Below are positions 29,718 to 38,520 of a stretch of 64,000 nucleotides of DNA, in pieces. The notes under the pieces are model-generated. The model ran no database searches. It saw nothing but the letters and a program-made list of their open reading frames with translations, and was not told the DNA's origin. The position numbers were made by a program, and so were the translations under genes. The first letter of the stretch is position 1. Each line of letters begins with the position of its first letter. Source of the stretch: Minisyncoccota bacterium (lineage in GTDB: Bacteria > Patescibacteriota > Minisyncoccia > 2-02-FULL-40-12 > GWA2-44-9); contig DASPGX010000028.1 in assembly GCA_035620375.1 (NCBI GenBank), positions 2,974-66,973 of the forward strand, read 5' to 3'.

Positions 29718-30826
29718 CGTCCGAGTGACTGACTGATTTTGTAGATTGGCGTGATGATGGAAATGGCGACGAAACTTACGACCAATCCCATGGCCAGAAG
29801 CAGGAGCGGTTCCAGGATGTTGCTCATGGTCTTCGTCGCACCGTCCAGCTCGGACTCATAAAATGTTGCGAGGAATTCGAAGGTCTCGTCCAGCTTTCCC
29901 GTGCTTTCGCCGACGTTTGCCATTTGCGAGAACGTCGGCGGGAAGAATTCCGGACGTTCGATCATCAGCTTGCTCATCGTCTGACCCTGCTGGACCTCCT
30001 TCGCGATATCCTCCATCTGCTGCTGGTAGACCAGGTTCGTCAGCGACCGTCCGGAAATATTGATTGCTTCCACGATGCGGACGCCGCCTTTCAGAAGCAG
30101 GTTCATGGTGCGGGCCACGGTTATGATGTTGACGTCCATCACCATTGAGCCCACGAGGGGCATCCGGGTGAGCGAGCGGTGCCAGGCGAACCGGACCGCG
30201 CGTATGCGGAGCAGGAACATCCAGCCGATGCCCAGCACAACCAGTCCCAGAATCACCCAGAGGCCGTTGGCAATCATGAATTCGGAGAACGCGATGAATA
30301 TCCGCGTGGTCAGCGGAAGTTCCACATTGAGCGAGTTGAGCACGGGAAGGATGCGCGGAAAAATGAAGAACGTCATGATTCCCGTGATGCCGAACGTCGC
30401 CACGAGGATGACGATGGGGTAGACCATCGCGCCGACGACTTTCTTCTGCAGTTCCGCCTTCTTTTCCAGTTCCTGGGCAAGGTATTTGAAGTTCTCCGAC
30501 AATGTGCCGGACGTTTCACCGACCCGGACCAAGTTGATGATGAAATCGCCGAACACCTGCTTGTACCGTTCCATGCCGACCGAGAGGTAGTGGCCGTTCT
30601 TCACGTCGGCTATGAGGCTGTCCAGCACCTTCAGGAACGGACGGGACTTGGTCTGCTTCCGGAGAATTTCCAGCGATTCCAAAACCTGAAGTCCCGAGCG
30701 CGTCATCATCTCCATATGGCGCGCAAACAGCATCTTGTCTTTCAGGGACAGCCTGAAGAACAGGCTGCTGAAACCGCCCAGACTGCCGCCCTCGGTTTTC
30801 GGGGGTGTTTCGGTTCCGTTACTCAT
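29714..30826 (-). CDS. pilC: Type IV pilus assembly platform protein PilC (GspF family)
   Basis: Two T2SSF repeats and three TM segments. Overlaps both neighbours. Confidence 0.85.
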   Translation of the reverse strand: MSNGTETPPKTEGGSLGGFSSLFFRLSLKDKMLFARHMEMMTRSGLQVLESLEILRKQTKSRPFLKVLDSLIADVKNGHYLSVGMERYKQVFGDFIINLVRVGETSGTLSENFKYLAQELEKKAELQKKVVGAMVYPIVILVATFGITGIMTFFIFPRILPVLNSLNVELPLTTRIFIAFSEFMIANGLWVILGLVVLGIGWMFLLRIRAVRFAWHRSLTRMPLVGSMVMDVNIITVARTMNLLLKGGVRIVEAINISGRSLTNLVYQQQMEDIAKEVQQGQTMSKLMIERPEFFPPTFSQMANVGESTGKLDETFEFLATFYESELDGATKTMSNILEPLLLLAMGLVVSFVAISIITPIYKISQSLGR

Positions 30827-32570
30827 GAATGACGCGGAGGATTTCTTCGATGGTCGTCAGTCCCTTCAGCGCTTTCTGGAACCCGTCTTCCAGAAGCGTG
30901 GTCATGCCGTTCTTGATGGCGATTTTCTTGATTTCGCTCGCGTCGGCGTGGCGCATGATGGCTTCGCGGATGAAATCGTTGACCTCCAGGATTTCATAGA
31001 TGCCCATCCGGCCCTTGTACCCCGTATGACCGCACATGTCGCAGCCCTTGCCGATGTAGAAGTCGCGGTGGTCATCAAGGATTTCCGGGGTCAGGGAATC
31101 CTTCAGCGACATGAACTCTCCTTCGGTAATGCGCCGCGGCTCCTTGCAGTTCTCGCAAATCATGCGCACCAGCCGCTGGCCCATCGCCACGTTCACCGTG
31201 GATGCGACCAGGAACGGCTCGACGCCCATATCCAACAGGCGCGGCAACGTCGTTGCGGCGTCGTTCGTGTGCAGGGTGGACAGGAGCTTGTGGCCCGTCA
31301 GAGCCGCGTTGACGGCGATGGACGCCGTCTCTTCGTCGCGGATTTCGCCGACCATGATGATGTTCGGGTCCTGCCGGAGGATTGAACGCAGGCCGGCGGC
31401 GAACGTCAGTCCGGTGCGGTTGTTCACCTGAATCTGGTCGATGCCCTCCAGGGAGTACTCGATGGGGTCTTCAATCGTGATGATGGACACTTCGCGCGTG
31501 GAGAGTTCCTTGAGGATGGTGTACAGCGTCGTCGTTTTTCCGGAGCCGGTCGGTCCCGTCGCCAGAATCATGCCGTACGGCGTCTTCACCGCCTTGCGGA
31601 CCTTTTTCCGGTCGGCCTCGCTCAACGCCACGTCGTCCAGCGAATTGAGCTTGGTCTGTTCGGCCAGGAGCCGCAGGACTGCGTTCTCGCCGTAGTAGGT
31701 CGGGACGATGCTGACGCGGACGTCGAACTGCCGGTCGGAGTCCTGCATGCTGATGCGGAACCGGCCGTCCTGTGCCGCCTGGTGTTCGTCGGTCCGCATC
31801 GCACCCAGGACTTTGATGCGGGAGATGATGCCCGGATGGATGCCCTTGGGGAACGTGAACGAATCGCGCAGGATGCCGTCGATACGCAGGCGCGCGAGGA
31901 GGTTTTCTTCGGTCGGCTCAAGATGAATATCCGAAGCACGCGTGAGGAACGCGTATCCCATGAGCGTGTCCACGAGCGCGATAATCGATATCTCGGCTTC
32001 CGGCTTCGTGACAATCTGCTGAATCCGGTCTTTGAGGTCCTGAATCTGTTTGGGGTCCGCTCCCGCGACGTCCGACAAATCTTTGGGCTCCTTCGCGGAA
32101 GCCTTCGCTTTTCCGTTCCGTGCGGATTTCTTCGCGGGTTCCGTTTCGGGGGGCGCGGCCGGCGCCGGTCCGCCTCCTTTGGCCAGCCGCTGTGCCTCGG
32201 CGACGATATCGGAAACGGTGATGTCCCGCTTGACCATCACGGACTCAATGCCGCACGTTTGCGCCCGTTTGCGTTCGTTCTCGTCGTCCTTGTCGAACAG
32301 TACCAGCGCGGGGATGTGCCTCTCCTTTCTGGCGTCTTCGACGAGCTTGCAGTAGTCACCGCCCTCGTGGAGCGGAACGTCCACGACCAGCGCGTCCGGC
32401 GCGTTCTTCTTGAGCATCTGGCGCGCCTCATCGTCGGACGATGCGTGCGACGCCTCAAGCTCCGCCTTCTTGAGGCGTTCCATGAGCAGTTGTGCCATGA
32501 AAAAATTGTCCTCAACGAGGAGGACCCGTCTGCCGCCCGTAGTAGTAGTCCCGTTCTTCCGTGCCGACAT
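30819..32570 (-). CDS. pilB: Type IV pilus assembly ATPase PilB/GspE with N-terminal receiver (REC)-like domain
   Basis: Walker A GPTGSGKTTT, Asp box, His box and tetracysteine CxxC...CxxC (CENC...CDMC). The first ~120 aa (RRVLLVEDN...LVVDV...VMVKRD) resemble a CheY-like receiver. Confidence 0.85.
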   Translation of the reverse strand: MSARKNGTTTTGGRRVLLVEDNFFMAQLLMERLKKAELEASHASSDDEARQMLKKNAPDALVVDVPLHEGGDYCKLVEDARKERHIPALVLFDKDDENERKRAQTCGIESVMVKRDITVSDIVAEAQRLAKGGGPAPAAPPETEPAKKSARNGKAKASAKEPKDLSDVAGADPKQIQDLKDRIQQIVTKPEAEISIIALVDTLMGYAFLTRASDIHLEPTEENLLARLRIDGILRDSFTFPKGIHPGIISRIKVLGAMRTDEHQAAQDGRFRISMQDSDRQFDVRVSIVPTYYGENAVLRLLAEQTKLNSLDDVALSEADRKKVRKAVKTPYGMILATGPTGSGKTTTLYTILKELSTREVSIITIEDPIEYSLEGIDQIQVNNRTGLTFAAGLRSILRQDPNIIMVGEIRDEETASIAVNAALTGHKLLSTLHTNDAATTLPRLLDMGVEPFLVASTVNVAMGQRLVRMICENCKEPRRITEGEFMSLKDSLTPEILDDHRDFYIGKGCDMCGHTGYKGRMGIYEILEVNDFIREAIMRHADASEIKKIAIKNGMTTLLEDGFQKALKGLTTIEEILRVIHE

Positions 32571-32587
32571 GTTCCCTCCTTGGGAGG

Positions 32588-32977
32588 TCAGGCACCGACG
32601 AGCTCTTTAATCCGTCCGACGATGACGCTCAGGTCATCGGTCTTACGGATGTGGCCCAGGGCACCGATCTCCTTGGCGTACTTTTCGTCAATCCACGCGT
32701 TCTCGACCTCCTCTTCGCCGTAATTCGTCAGAAAGACTACCTTGATGTCGCGGAGGTTCTCGTCCGCCTTCATCGCCGAAACGGCCTCGACGCCGTTCAT
32801 GACCGGCATCTTTACGTCCATGATGACCAGGTCCGGTCGGTCCTTCTGGAGCATGTCCAGCGCCTGTTTGCCGTCCGCGGCTTCCCGTATCTCAAAACCC
32901 GCACCTTCAAGCTTGGCGCGGATGATGGTGCGCAGGTCCGCTTCGTCGTCCACGATGAGGATTTTCGCCGTTGCCAT
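32588..32977 (-). CDS. Stand-alone response-regulator receiver domain protein (CheY-like)
   Basis: KILIVDDEADLRTII...DLVIMDVKMPVMNG...VVFLTNYG...K has the canonical REC Asp/Thr/Lys positions. The ORF-track start at 33166 is an upstream extension. Confidence 0.75.
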   Translation of the reverse strand: MATAKILIVDDEADLRTIIRAKLEGAGFEIREAADGKQALDMLQKDRPDLVIMDVKMPVMNGVEAVSAMKADENLRDIKVVFLTNYGEEEVENAWIDEKYAKEIGALGHIRKTDDLSVIVGRIKELVGA

Positions 32978-33014
32978 TAGTGTAAGTATATCATACGCCC
33001 CGGGTTTGGCGCGC

Positions 33015-34652
33015 CTATGCGGCAGGGATAACGATGGTGAATACGCTGCCTTTGCCGGGACCCTCGGATGCGGCAGTAATGGTGCCCTGGTGGGCCAGTA
33101 CAATCTGCTTGGCGATATAGAGGCCAAGGCCCGTGCCCTCAATGCGCTTTGCAGCGTCCCGTTCACGGGTGAACTGCTCGAACAGCTGCGGGAGGAGGTC
33201 CGCCGGCATTCCGCGGCCGCTGTCGGACACGATGACGAAAATGTCGCTGCCGCGCCGCTCCGCGGCGACCTTCACCCACCCGGTCTCCGTGTACTTGATG
33301 GAATTGTCCACGAGATTCTGGATGACCTGCCGGAATTTTTCGGTGTCCAGCATGGCGTTCAGCTCGTCGTGTTCCGGCGTTTCATGCCGGAGTTCAAGAT
33401 TCTTACGCTCGGCGAGGGGCAACAGGTCGTTGACCACCTGCGTGACGAGGTTGGACATACTGACGCGGTCGAACGCGAACTGCATCCGGCCCTCCTCAAT
33501 GCGCCGGAGGTCCAGGAGGTTGTTCACCAGCGCAATCAGCCGGTCGGCCGATTCCTTGATTTTGCCCACCATTTCCGTGACCTTCTCCGGCACCGTGCCG
33601 TAGGTGCCGTCGCCGATGAGCTGGGCATAGCCCTTCACGACGCTCATCGGCGCCTTTACCTGGTGCGAGGCGAACGAAAGGAATTCGGAGCGGATGCGGT
33701 CCAGGCGCTTGAGCTTGATGTTCGCGTCCGTCAGCTCCCGGGTCATCTGTTCAAGGTGCTCCCGCTGGGATACCTCGCTGATGACGCTGCGGATGAGCAG
33801 GATGCCGAATGCCAGCACGAACGAGAACGTGCCGATGCGGATGAGCAGCGTGCCGACGTTGTCCGTCACGACAATCTCAGCGAGCAGTATTGCGCTGAGC
33901 ACGAAGGTCAGCAGCTCCGCGGCGATGGCTTTGACGTTCAGGAACTGGTACCGGCGGATGGCATGGGACGTGGCGAGGATGATGGGAAGGAAGAAAATGG
34001 GCGCGAGCGGGACGAATAGCAGCATGTCGAATGCCACGGGCAGAATGAGGTTGAACGTCAGGATGAGCAGGAATGTCAGCGCGGCGCCGGCGAGGATGAT
34101 TCTGGCCTGCGCCCGCTCAAGCGTCGCAGGTCCACCGGTACGCCGTACAAGCATCACGATACCGGCGACGACGAACACGGCCGCAACCATCCCGAATACG
34201 GGCAATGCCGGTCCGCGAATCGGGTCGGTCACGCCGCTCACGGCGACCGAGTCGACGCGCTCAAAGATGAACCGTGAAAGCGTCAGCAGGGAAGTCAGGA
34301 CCGCAGCGGGAAGCGCGACGAATTTGTACCATCGCGGGAAGGTGATTTCGGCGCGCGGAAAGATGTAGAACAGCGTGAAGAAGCTGAACGCGTGCCAGGT
34401 TGCGGTGAACAGCGTCAGCCGCAGAAGCCAGAGCACCTGCCACGGCTCCTGGACCTGGTAATTCAGGTAATTGAACGTGCCGTACGCGACCGTGGCCAGC
34501 GCGAAGACGAGGAATGCCCGGTTCGTGGCATTGCTGCGGTCGCTGAAATAGACCGCGAACCCCATAATGCCGATTGCCGCCACCGCGATGGCGATGGCGA
34601 TGAGGTCCAAATGGCGCAAGCCCGCCAGGAGGTCGGTGATGGCGAATTCCAT
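33015..34652 (-). CDS. Sensor histidine kinase with N-terminal multi-TM (7TM-type) sensor domain
   Basis: ~7 predicted TM helices in the first 300 aa, then the HisKA H-box SFASHQVKAP and HATPase_c N/G1/G2 boxes (NLVDNSIKYT, DSGRGM, GTGLGL). Confidence 0.8.
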   Translation of the reverse strand: MEFAITDLLAGLRHLDLIAIAIAVAAIGIMGFAVYFSDRSNATNRAFLVFALATVAYGTFNYLNYQVQEPWQVLWLLRLTLFTATWHAFSFFTLFYIFPRAEITFPRWYKFVALPAAVLTSLLTLSRFIFERVDSVAVSGVTDPIRGPALPVFGMVAAVFVVAGIVMLVRRTGGPATLERAQARIILAGAALTFLLILTFNLILPVAFDMLLFVPLAPIFFLPIILATSHAIRRYQFLNVKAIAAELLTFVLSAILLAEIVVTDNVGTLLIRIGTFSFVLAFGILLIRSVISEVSQREHLEQMTRELTDANIKLKRLDRIRSEFLSFASHQVKAPMSVVKGYAQLIGDGTYGTVPEKVTEMVGKIKESADRLIALVNNLLDLRRIEEGRMQFAFDRVSMSNLVTQVVNDLLPLAERKNLELRHETPEHDELNAMLDTEKFRQVIQNLVDNSIKYTETGWVKVAAERRGSDIFVIVSDSGRGMPADLLPQLFEQFTRERDAAKRIEGTGLGLYIAKQIVLAHQGTITAASEGPGKGSVFTIVIPAA

Positions 34653-34655
34653 AGT

Positions 34656-35762
34656 TCAGGCCGAGCGGTCGCCGGCGGGGCGTACGTCGGGCTCAAGTCG
34701 CGGCGTCCGTGCGCTCGGCTCGTCCGCGTGACCGATGCGGAACATGAATGCCAGAACGCCATCGGATAACTTAAGAACGGATGCGAGGCGGGCGTAAGCG
34801 TCCGCGACAATTGACGCATGGCGCTCGGCCAGGGTCCGGTCGCCGTCCGCAACGCGGTTCATCAGCAGGGGAATTCCCGTCAGTGGCTGCAGGTGCAGTC
34901 CCATGGATGTTACGGAGAGCCATACGCGTTCGAAGAGACGCCCCGCGGCGACATACTGGGTCGTATCTCGGTTGGGGATGACGATTGCGCCCATAGCCGC
35001 GCCGGTCATATAGATGCCGCCGTTCGTTTTCGCGACCATGGATGACAGGCCGACCGCATTGAGCGCGCGCAGTGCGGGAAAATGCCTGAATACGGCGAAT
35101 CCTGCGCGCACCGGCGGAGGAAGCTCAAACGTCTTGATGGAGAATCCGAGTTTTCGTGCTGCGTCCTGCTCATCCGTCCAGTTGATGTGCGAAAAGAAGA
35201 ACCGGTGCATGTTCCGGTCTTCGAACAGGACACGCTCGTTCAGCGCCAACAGGTTGCCCAGTTCCTGACGGCGCGCCGTATCGGTTACCAGAATAAGCTG
35301 CGGTCCGCTTTCGGCCGTCTTCATCAGTGCGTCATGTTGGACCGCGGTCAGCTCGGCGTTGCGGTACGGACGTCGGTTCGTCGCACGCTTCCAGATGGAC
35401 TCGTAGAGCGGATGCGCGGCCTGGGTCGCGCGCTCCAGATACGCCCGGGCAATCCAGTCAGGATCACTGGGGGTCGGCAGGACCTTCGCGGAAAGCCGGT
35501 AGCCACGCTGCGCGGCGGCAATGGACATGTTTTCCAGGACCGCGCCGTTGGCGATATACGAGGGCCGCTGCCCCCAGCTGTAGAGGGAATTGTCCCGCTC
35601 GGGAAGATTGAAGACGTCGATGAAACCGGGTCCGACTTCAAACCGCCATGGCTGGCAGTTGTCGCCCGATGGAGCCATCGTACCCGCGGTGATGATGTGC
35701 AGGACATCCTCATCGAGCGTCGGCGGCTTCTGGCTCATCATTGTCTTTAGTATATCACGCAT
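34656..35762 (-). CDS. Nitroreductase-family (FMN) oxidoreductase, long form
   Basis: APSGDNCQPWRF nitroreductase signature near the N-terminus. About 370 aa, so probably tandem/extended nitroreductase folds. GGAAG RBS upstream of the ATG at 35762; the ORF-track start at 35924 would overlap the upstream gene by 100 nt. Confidence 0.7.
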   Translation of the reverse strand: MRDILKTMMSQKPPTLDEDVLHIITAGTMAPSGDNCQPWRFEVGPGFIDVFNLPERDNSLYSWGQRPSYIANGAVLENMSIAAAQRGYRLSAKVLPTPSDPDWIARAYLERATQAAHPLYESIWKRATNRRPYRNAELTAVQHDALMKTAESGPQLILVTDTARRQELGNLLALNERVLFEDRNMHRFFFSHINWTDEQDAARKLGFSIKTFELPPPVRAGFAVFRHFPALRALNAVGLSSMVAKTNGGIYMTGAAMGAIVIPNRDTTQYVAAGRLFERVWLSVTSMGLHLQPLTGIPLLMNRVADGDRTLAERHASIVADAYARLASVLKLSDGVLAFMFRIGHADEPSARTPRLEPDVRPAGDRSA

Positions 35763-35824
35763 GCTGGTCTTCCGTGCCGCGTTCATACACAGAAGAAACC
35801 CCGCGTTGTGCGGGGTTTCGGGAC

Positions 35825-36988
35825 TCAGATGCCGAGTTTCGTCTTGAGCATGTCGGCGAGGCGTTTCCGTTCGCGGACCGCGATGTCCGAGGAATAGCCG
35901 GGGTCCAGGTTTTCGTCCAGACACAGGTGGTACCGTCCGCTTGGCATGGCGTCGCCCGCAACGATCCCCCTGATGAGATAGGTGACGGCGGATGCGCCTA
36001 TGAGCGCAGTGCCACCGAGCTGCGGAACGGATACGAGTGTTTCCCCGATGGCGGGAAGCGAACGTATCATGCGTACCGGATGATGCTCGGCGCCGATAAG
36101 CCGGGCGATGGTCCTTATCGTTTCCTGTTTATTCCCCCGCAACGCTGAAAAGCGGGCGACGTCGGTTGTGCCCAGCCGCCCGAGGAAATAGGGCGTACGG
36201 CCCAGGTCGTGCCGCTCAACGTCAATGGTGCTCCGGTCGCCGTTGTCGGCCGCTGACAACAGCGGTATGCGCTGCTTCCGGGCGAGTTCGCGCAGACGCT
36301 GTTTGATGACGAAGTCGTCCATTTCGTCCACGACGACATCCAGTCCGCGCATGAACGAAGCGACGTTCGTTGCATTCAGTCCGCGGTCGAAAATGCCCAC
36401 ATGGGCGTAGGGGTTTATTTCCCAGATCCGGCGCGCGATGACGGTGGTCTTCGGAAGGCCGAGCTGGTGGACTCCCGCGATGAGGCGGTTCGTGTTGGAC
36501 AGTTCGAGCTCGTCGAAATCGGCAAGGCGGATGCGCCGGGCTCCGCCGGCAAGCACCACGGAAAGTGCAACGTTGCTGCCCACAGACAGTCCGGCGACAC
36601 CGACGACCGTGTCATAAAACTTCTTCTGTTCCGCGAAGGTGATAAGATTCGCGTTTCTGCTGGTACGGACCCGGTTGAACTCGGGTTCCGCAAGTACGTG
36701 CACAAGGGTGTTCAGCCACGGATAGTGCACCCATCGTCCCTGGCGGATCAGAGGTCCGCGTCGGGTCCGTCCGGCGATGAATGCACCGACGGCTTCGGCA
36801 ATCTTTTCCTTCGGAAGCCGGATGAGCCCCGGCTGTTCGACGAGCGCGAGTTCCGCCAGCTGACCGGCGTACGTGTCGACGATTCCCGGTTTCCGGAGTC
36901 CGGAACGCAGGCGTCCGAACGCGCGCCACGAAGCGGCGGCGGCGGGATTGAATATCTTCGGTTGTTCCCGTTTCTCCATGAGGTTCAT
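35825..36988 (-). CDS. E1-like (ThiF/MoeB/HesA family) protein with N-terminal ~120-aa extension and degenerate nucleotide loop
   Basis: VVGVAGLSVGSNVALSVVLAGGARRIRLADFDELELSNTNR matches the ThiF Rossmann plus D-x-D ... SNLNRQ block, but GxGxxG is degenerate (GVAGLSVG). Confidence 0.65.
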   Translation of the reverse strand: MNLMEKREQPKIFNPAAAASWRAFGRLRSGLRKPGIVDTYAGQLAELALVEQPGLIRLPKEKIAEAVGAFIAGRTRRGPLIRQGRWVHYPWLNTLVHVLAEPEFNRVRTSRNANLITFAEQKKFYDTVVGVAGLSVGSNVALSVVLAGGARRIRLADFDELELSNTNRLIAGVHQLGLPKTTVIARRIWEINPYAHVGIFDRGLNATNVASFMRGLDVVVDEMDDFVIKQRLRELARKQRIPLLSAADNGDRSTIDVERHDLGRTPYFLGRLGTTDVARFSALRGNKQETIRTIARLIGAEHHPVRMIRSLPAIGETLVSVPQLGGTALIGASAVTYLIRGIVAGDAMPSGRYHLCLDENLDPGYSSDIAVRERKRLADMLKTKLGI

Positions 36989-38520
36989 TCCTTGATAAGG
37001 TACTTCGGCTTAAGTCCCGGGCGGAAATGCTCCGGGTCCTGGTAGTTTTTCAGAATCACCCTCGGGGTCAAATCTTTGCCGAGATGGTTCCAGAGAAAGT
37101 CGTATTCCATGTTGATTCTGCGCAGCACTCCGACGACATGCCGCGAAAGCGCGCGGGCGAGTGACGCGGCCGGCCGCTTGCCGGGCTGAAGTTCAATGTT
37201 GAGCTCAAGGAAGGCCTCATGTTTACGGTCGTATCCCTTGCGCAGGGCGAACTTCCCGGTGATGTCGCCGAGGAATTTCTCCGCGTTCAGCGCCGCATGG
37301 ACGTGCTCGGGATAGATGTTCGCGGCATAGAATACGAGAGTATGGTCGCTGCGCCCTTTGAGCGCAATGAACGGCAGTTTCCACGAACCGGCCGGCACAG
37401 TACGGCCGGATTTCCGCAGCGCCGCAACACCGTCGGCATATGGGATAACGGTTCCCGCGTCGTGGAGGTTGAACCGGATGAGCGGAATACCGCTGTCGGA
37501 GGTGAACAACAGTTCCCCGTTCAGCCGGGCGACATGGCGGAGCAACGGATTGTACTGGAACAGGTTCGGTACGGTCGCGGAAGCGAAGAGGTTCCCGCAC
37601 AATTCCGGGTCGGCCGATGCGGCACGGCGGAGGGCGACGGTCAGCGGCGTTTCGTGGCCGATGAGCAACGTCTCCGACGAACCGTACGTGTTCATGGCCG
37701 CGACCGCGTCGGCCGCAAGACCCGCGGCGCGGTTCAGATACGAACGCCAGGCCTCACTGAATCCTTCACTGCAAAAAAGCATCCGGAGGCCCGACTTCCG
37801 CCAGGAGAGGCCTGCGCGCTTGCCGGACTCCACGACGTCTTTCACGAAGAACGGATGTCCGATGAGCAGGACCTGGTCATAGTTGCGCCGGAGTTTGCCG
37901 ATGACGTTGAGCGCCTGGTCCTTGTTGTTTCCGACGCTCACGGCGGTAAGCGGATAGCCGCGCTGGGCCGTGAGCCATGTCGGCAGGAGCGTGGCAACGC
38001 CGGAAACATAGACGCCCATCGGAAAGCCGATGACGGCGAGCGTGGATTTGCGGTGGATGCCGAACAGCGTCCGGTAGGCGAGTTCATGAATGAGCGTCGC
38101 CTCCATTTCCTGGCGCTGGCCCCGGGGCCAGAACTTCGGTTCGCCGCTCGTACCCGAGCTCACCGCGATGAGCGATGCGTTCCGGAGTTTTCCGTCCCAG
38201 CACCGCGCCGCCAGCGGATACCGGTTCACATAGTTTGCCTTGTCGGTGAAGGGCACGCCGTCCAGGTCGGCGGCAGTACGTACGGCACGACCGTTGATGC
38301 GGTGCCGCCGGAGGAAGTCGCGGTACGCCGGGACGCGTTCGGCCGCGGCATGGAAGAGGGCGAGCGCGCGGCGGTCGCCCTGGCGCACCCACCGCCCGGG
38401 CGCATCGCGGCGGAGCGATGACTCCATCGCCGCAATGTCCGTGCGCCAATAGTCCGCGATGCCGGCGCGGAACAGAGGCGCTGCCGCGAGCGTGTTCCAG
38501 GTGTCCCGTTTCGTACTCAT
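36985..38520 (-). CDS. Adenylate-forming enzyme, GH3-like / PaaK(F390-synthetase)-like acyl-AMP ligase
   Basis: SSGTSGEPKFWPRG P-loop-like adenylation motif. At 511 aa it is closer to GH3-type amido synthetases than to PaaK. 4-nt overlaps with both neighbours. Confidence 0.6.
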   Translation of the reverse strand: MSTKRDTWNTLAAAPLFRAGIADYWRTDIAAMESSLRRDAPGRWVRQGDRRALALFHAAAERVPAYRDFLRRHRINGRAVRTAADLDGVPFTDKANYVNRYPLAARCWDGKLRNASLIAVSSGTSGEPKFWPRGQRQEMEATLIHELAYRTLFGIHRKSTLAVIGFPMGVYVSGVATLLPTWLTAQRGYPLTAVSVGNNKDQALNVIGKLRRNYDQVLLIGHPFFVKDVVESGKRAGLSWRKSGLRMLFCSEGFSEAWRSYLNRAAGLAADAVAAMNTYGSSETLLIGHETPLTVALRRAASADPELCGNLFASATVPNLFQYNPLLRHVARLNGELLFTSDSGIPLIRFNLHDAGTVIPYADGVAALRKSGRTVPAGSWKLPFIALKGRSDHTLVFYAANIYPEHVHAALNAEKFLGDITGKFALRKGYDRKHEAFLELNIELQPGKRPAASLARALSRHVVGVLRRINMEYDFLWNHLGKDLTPRVILKNYQDPEHFRPGLKPKYLIKE

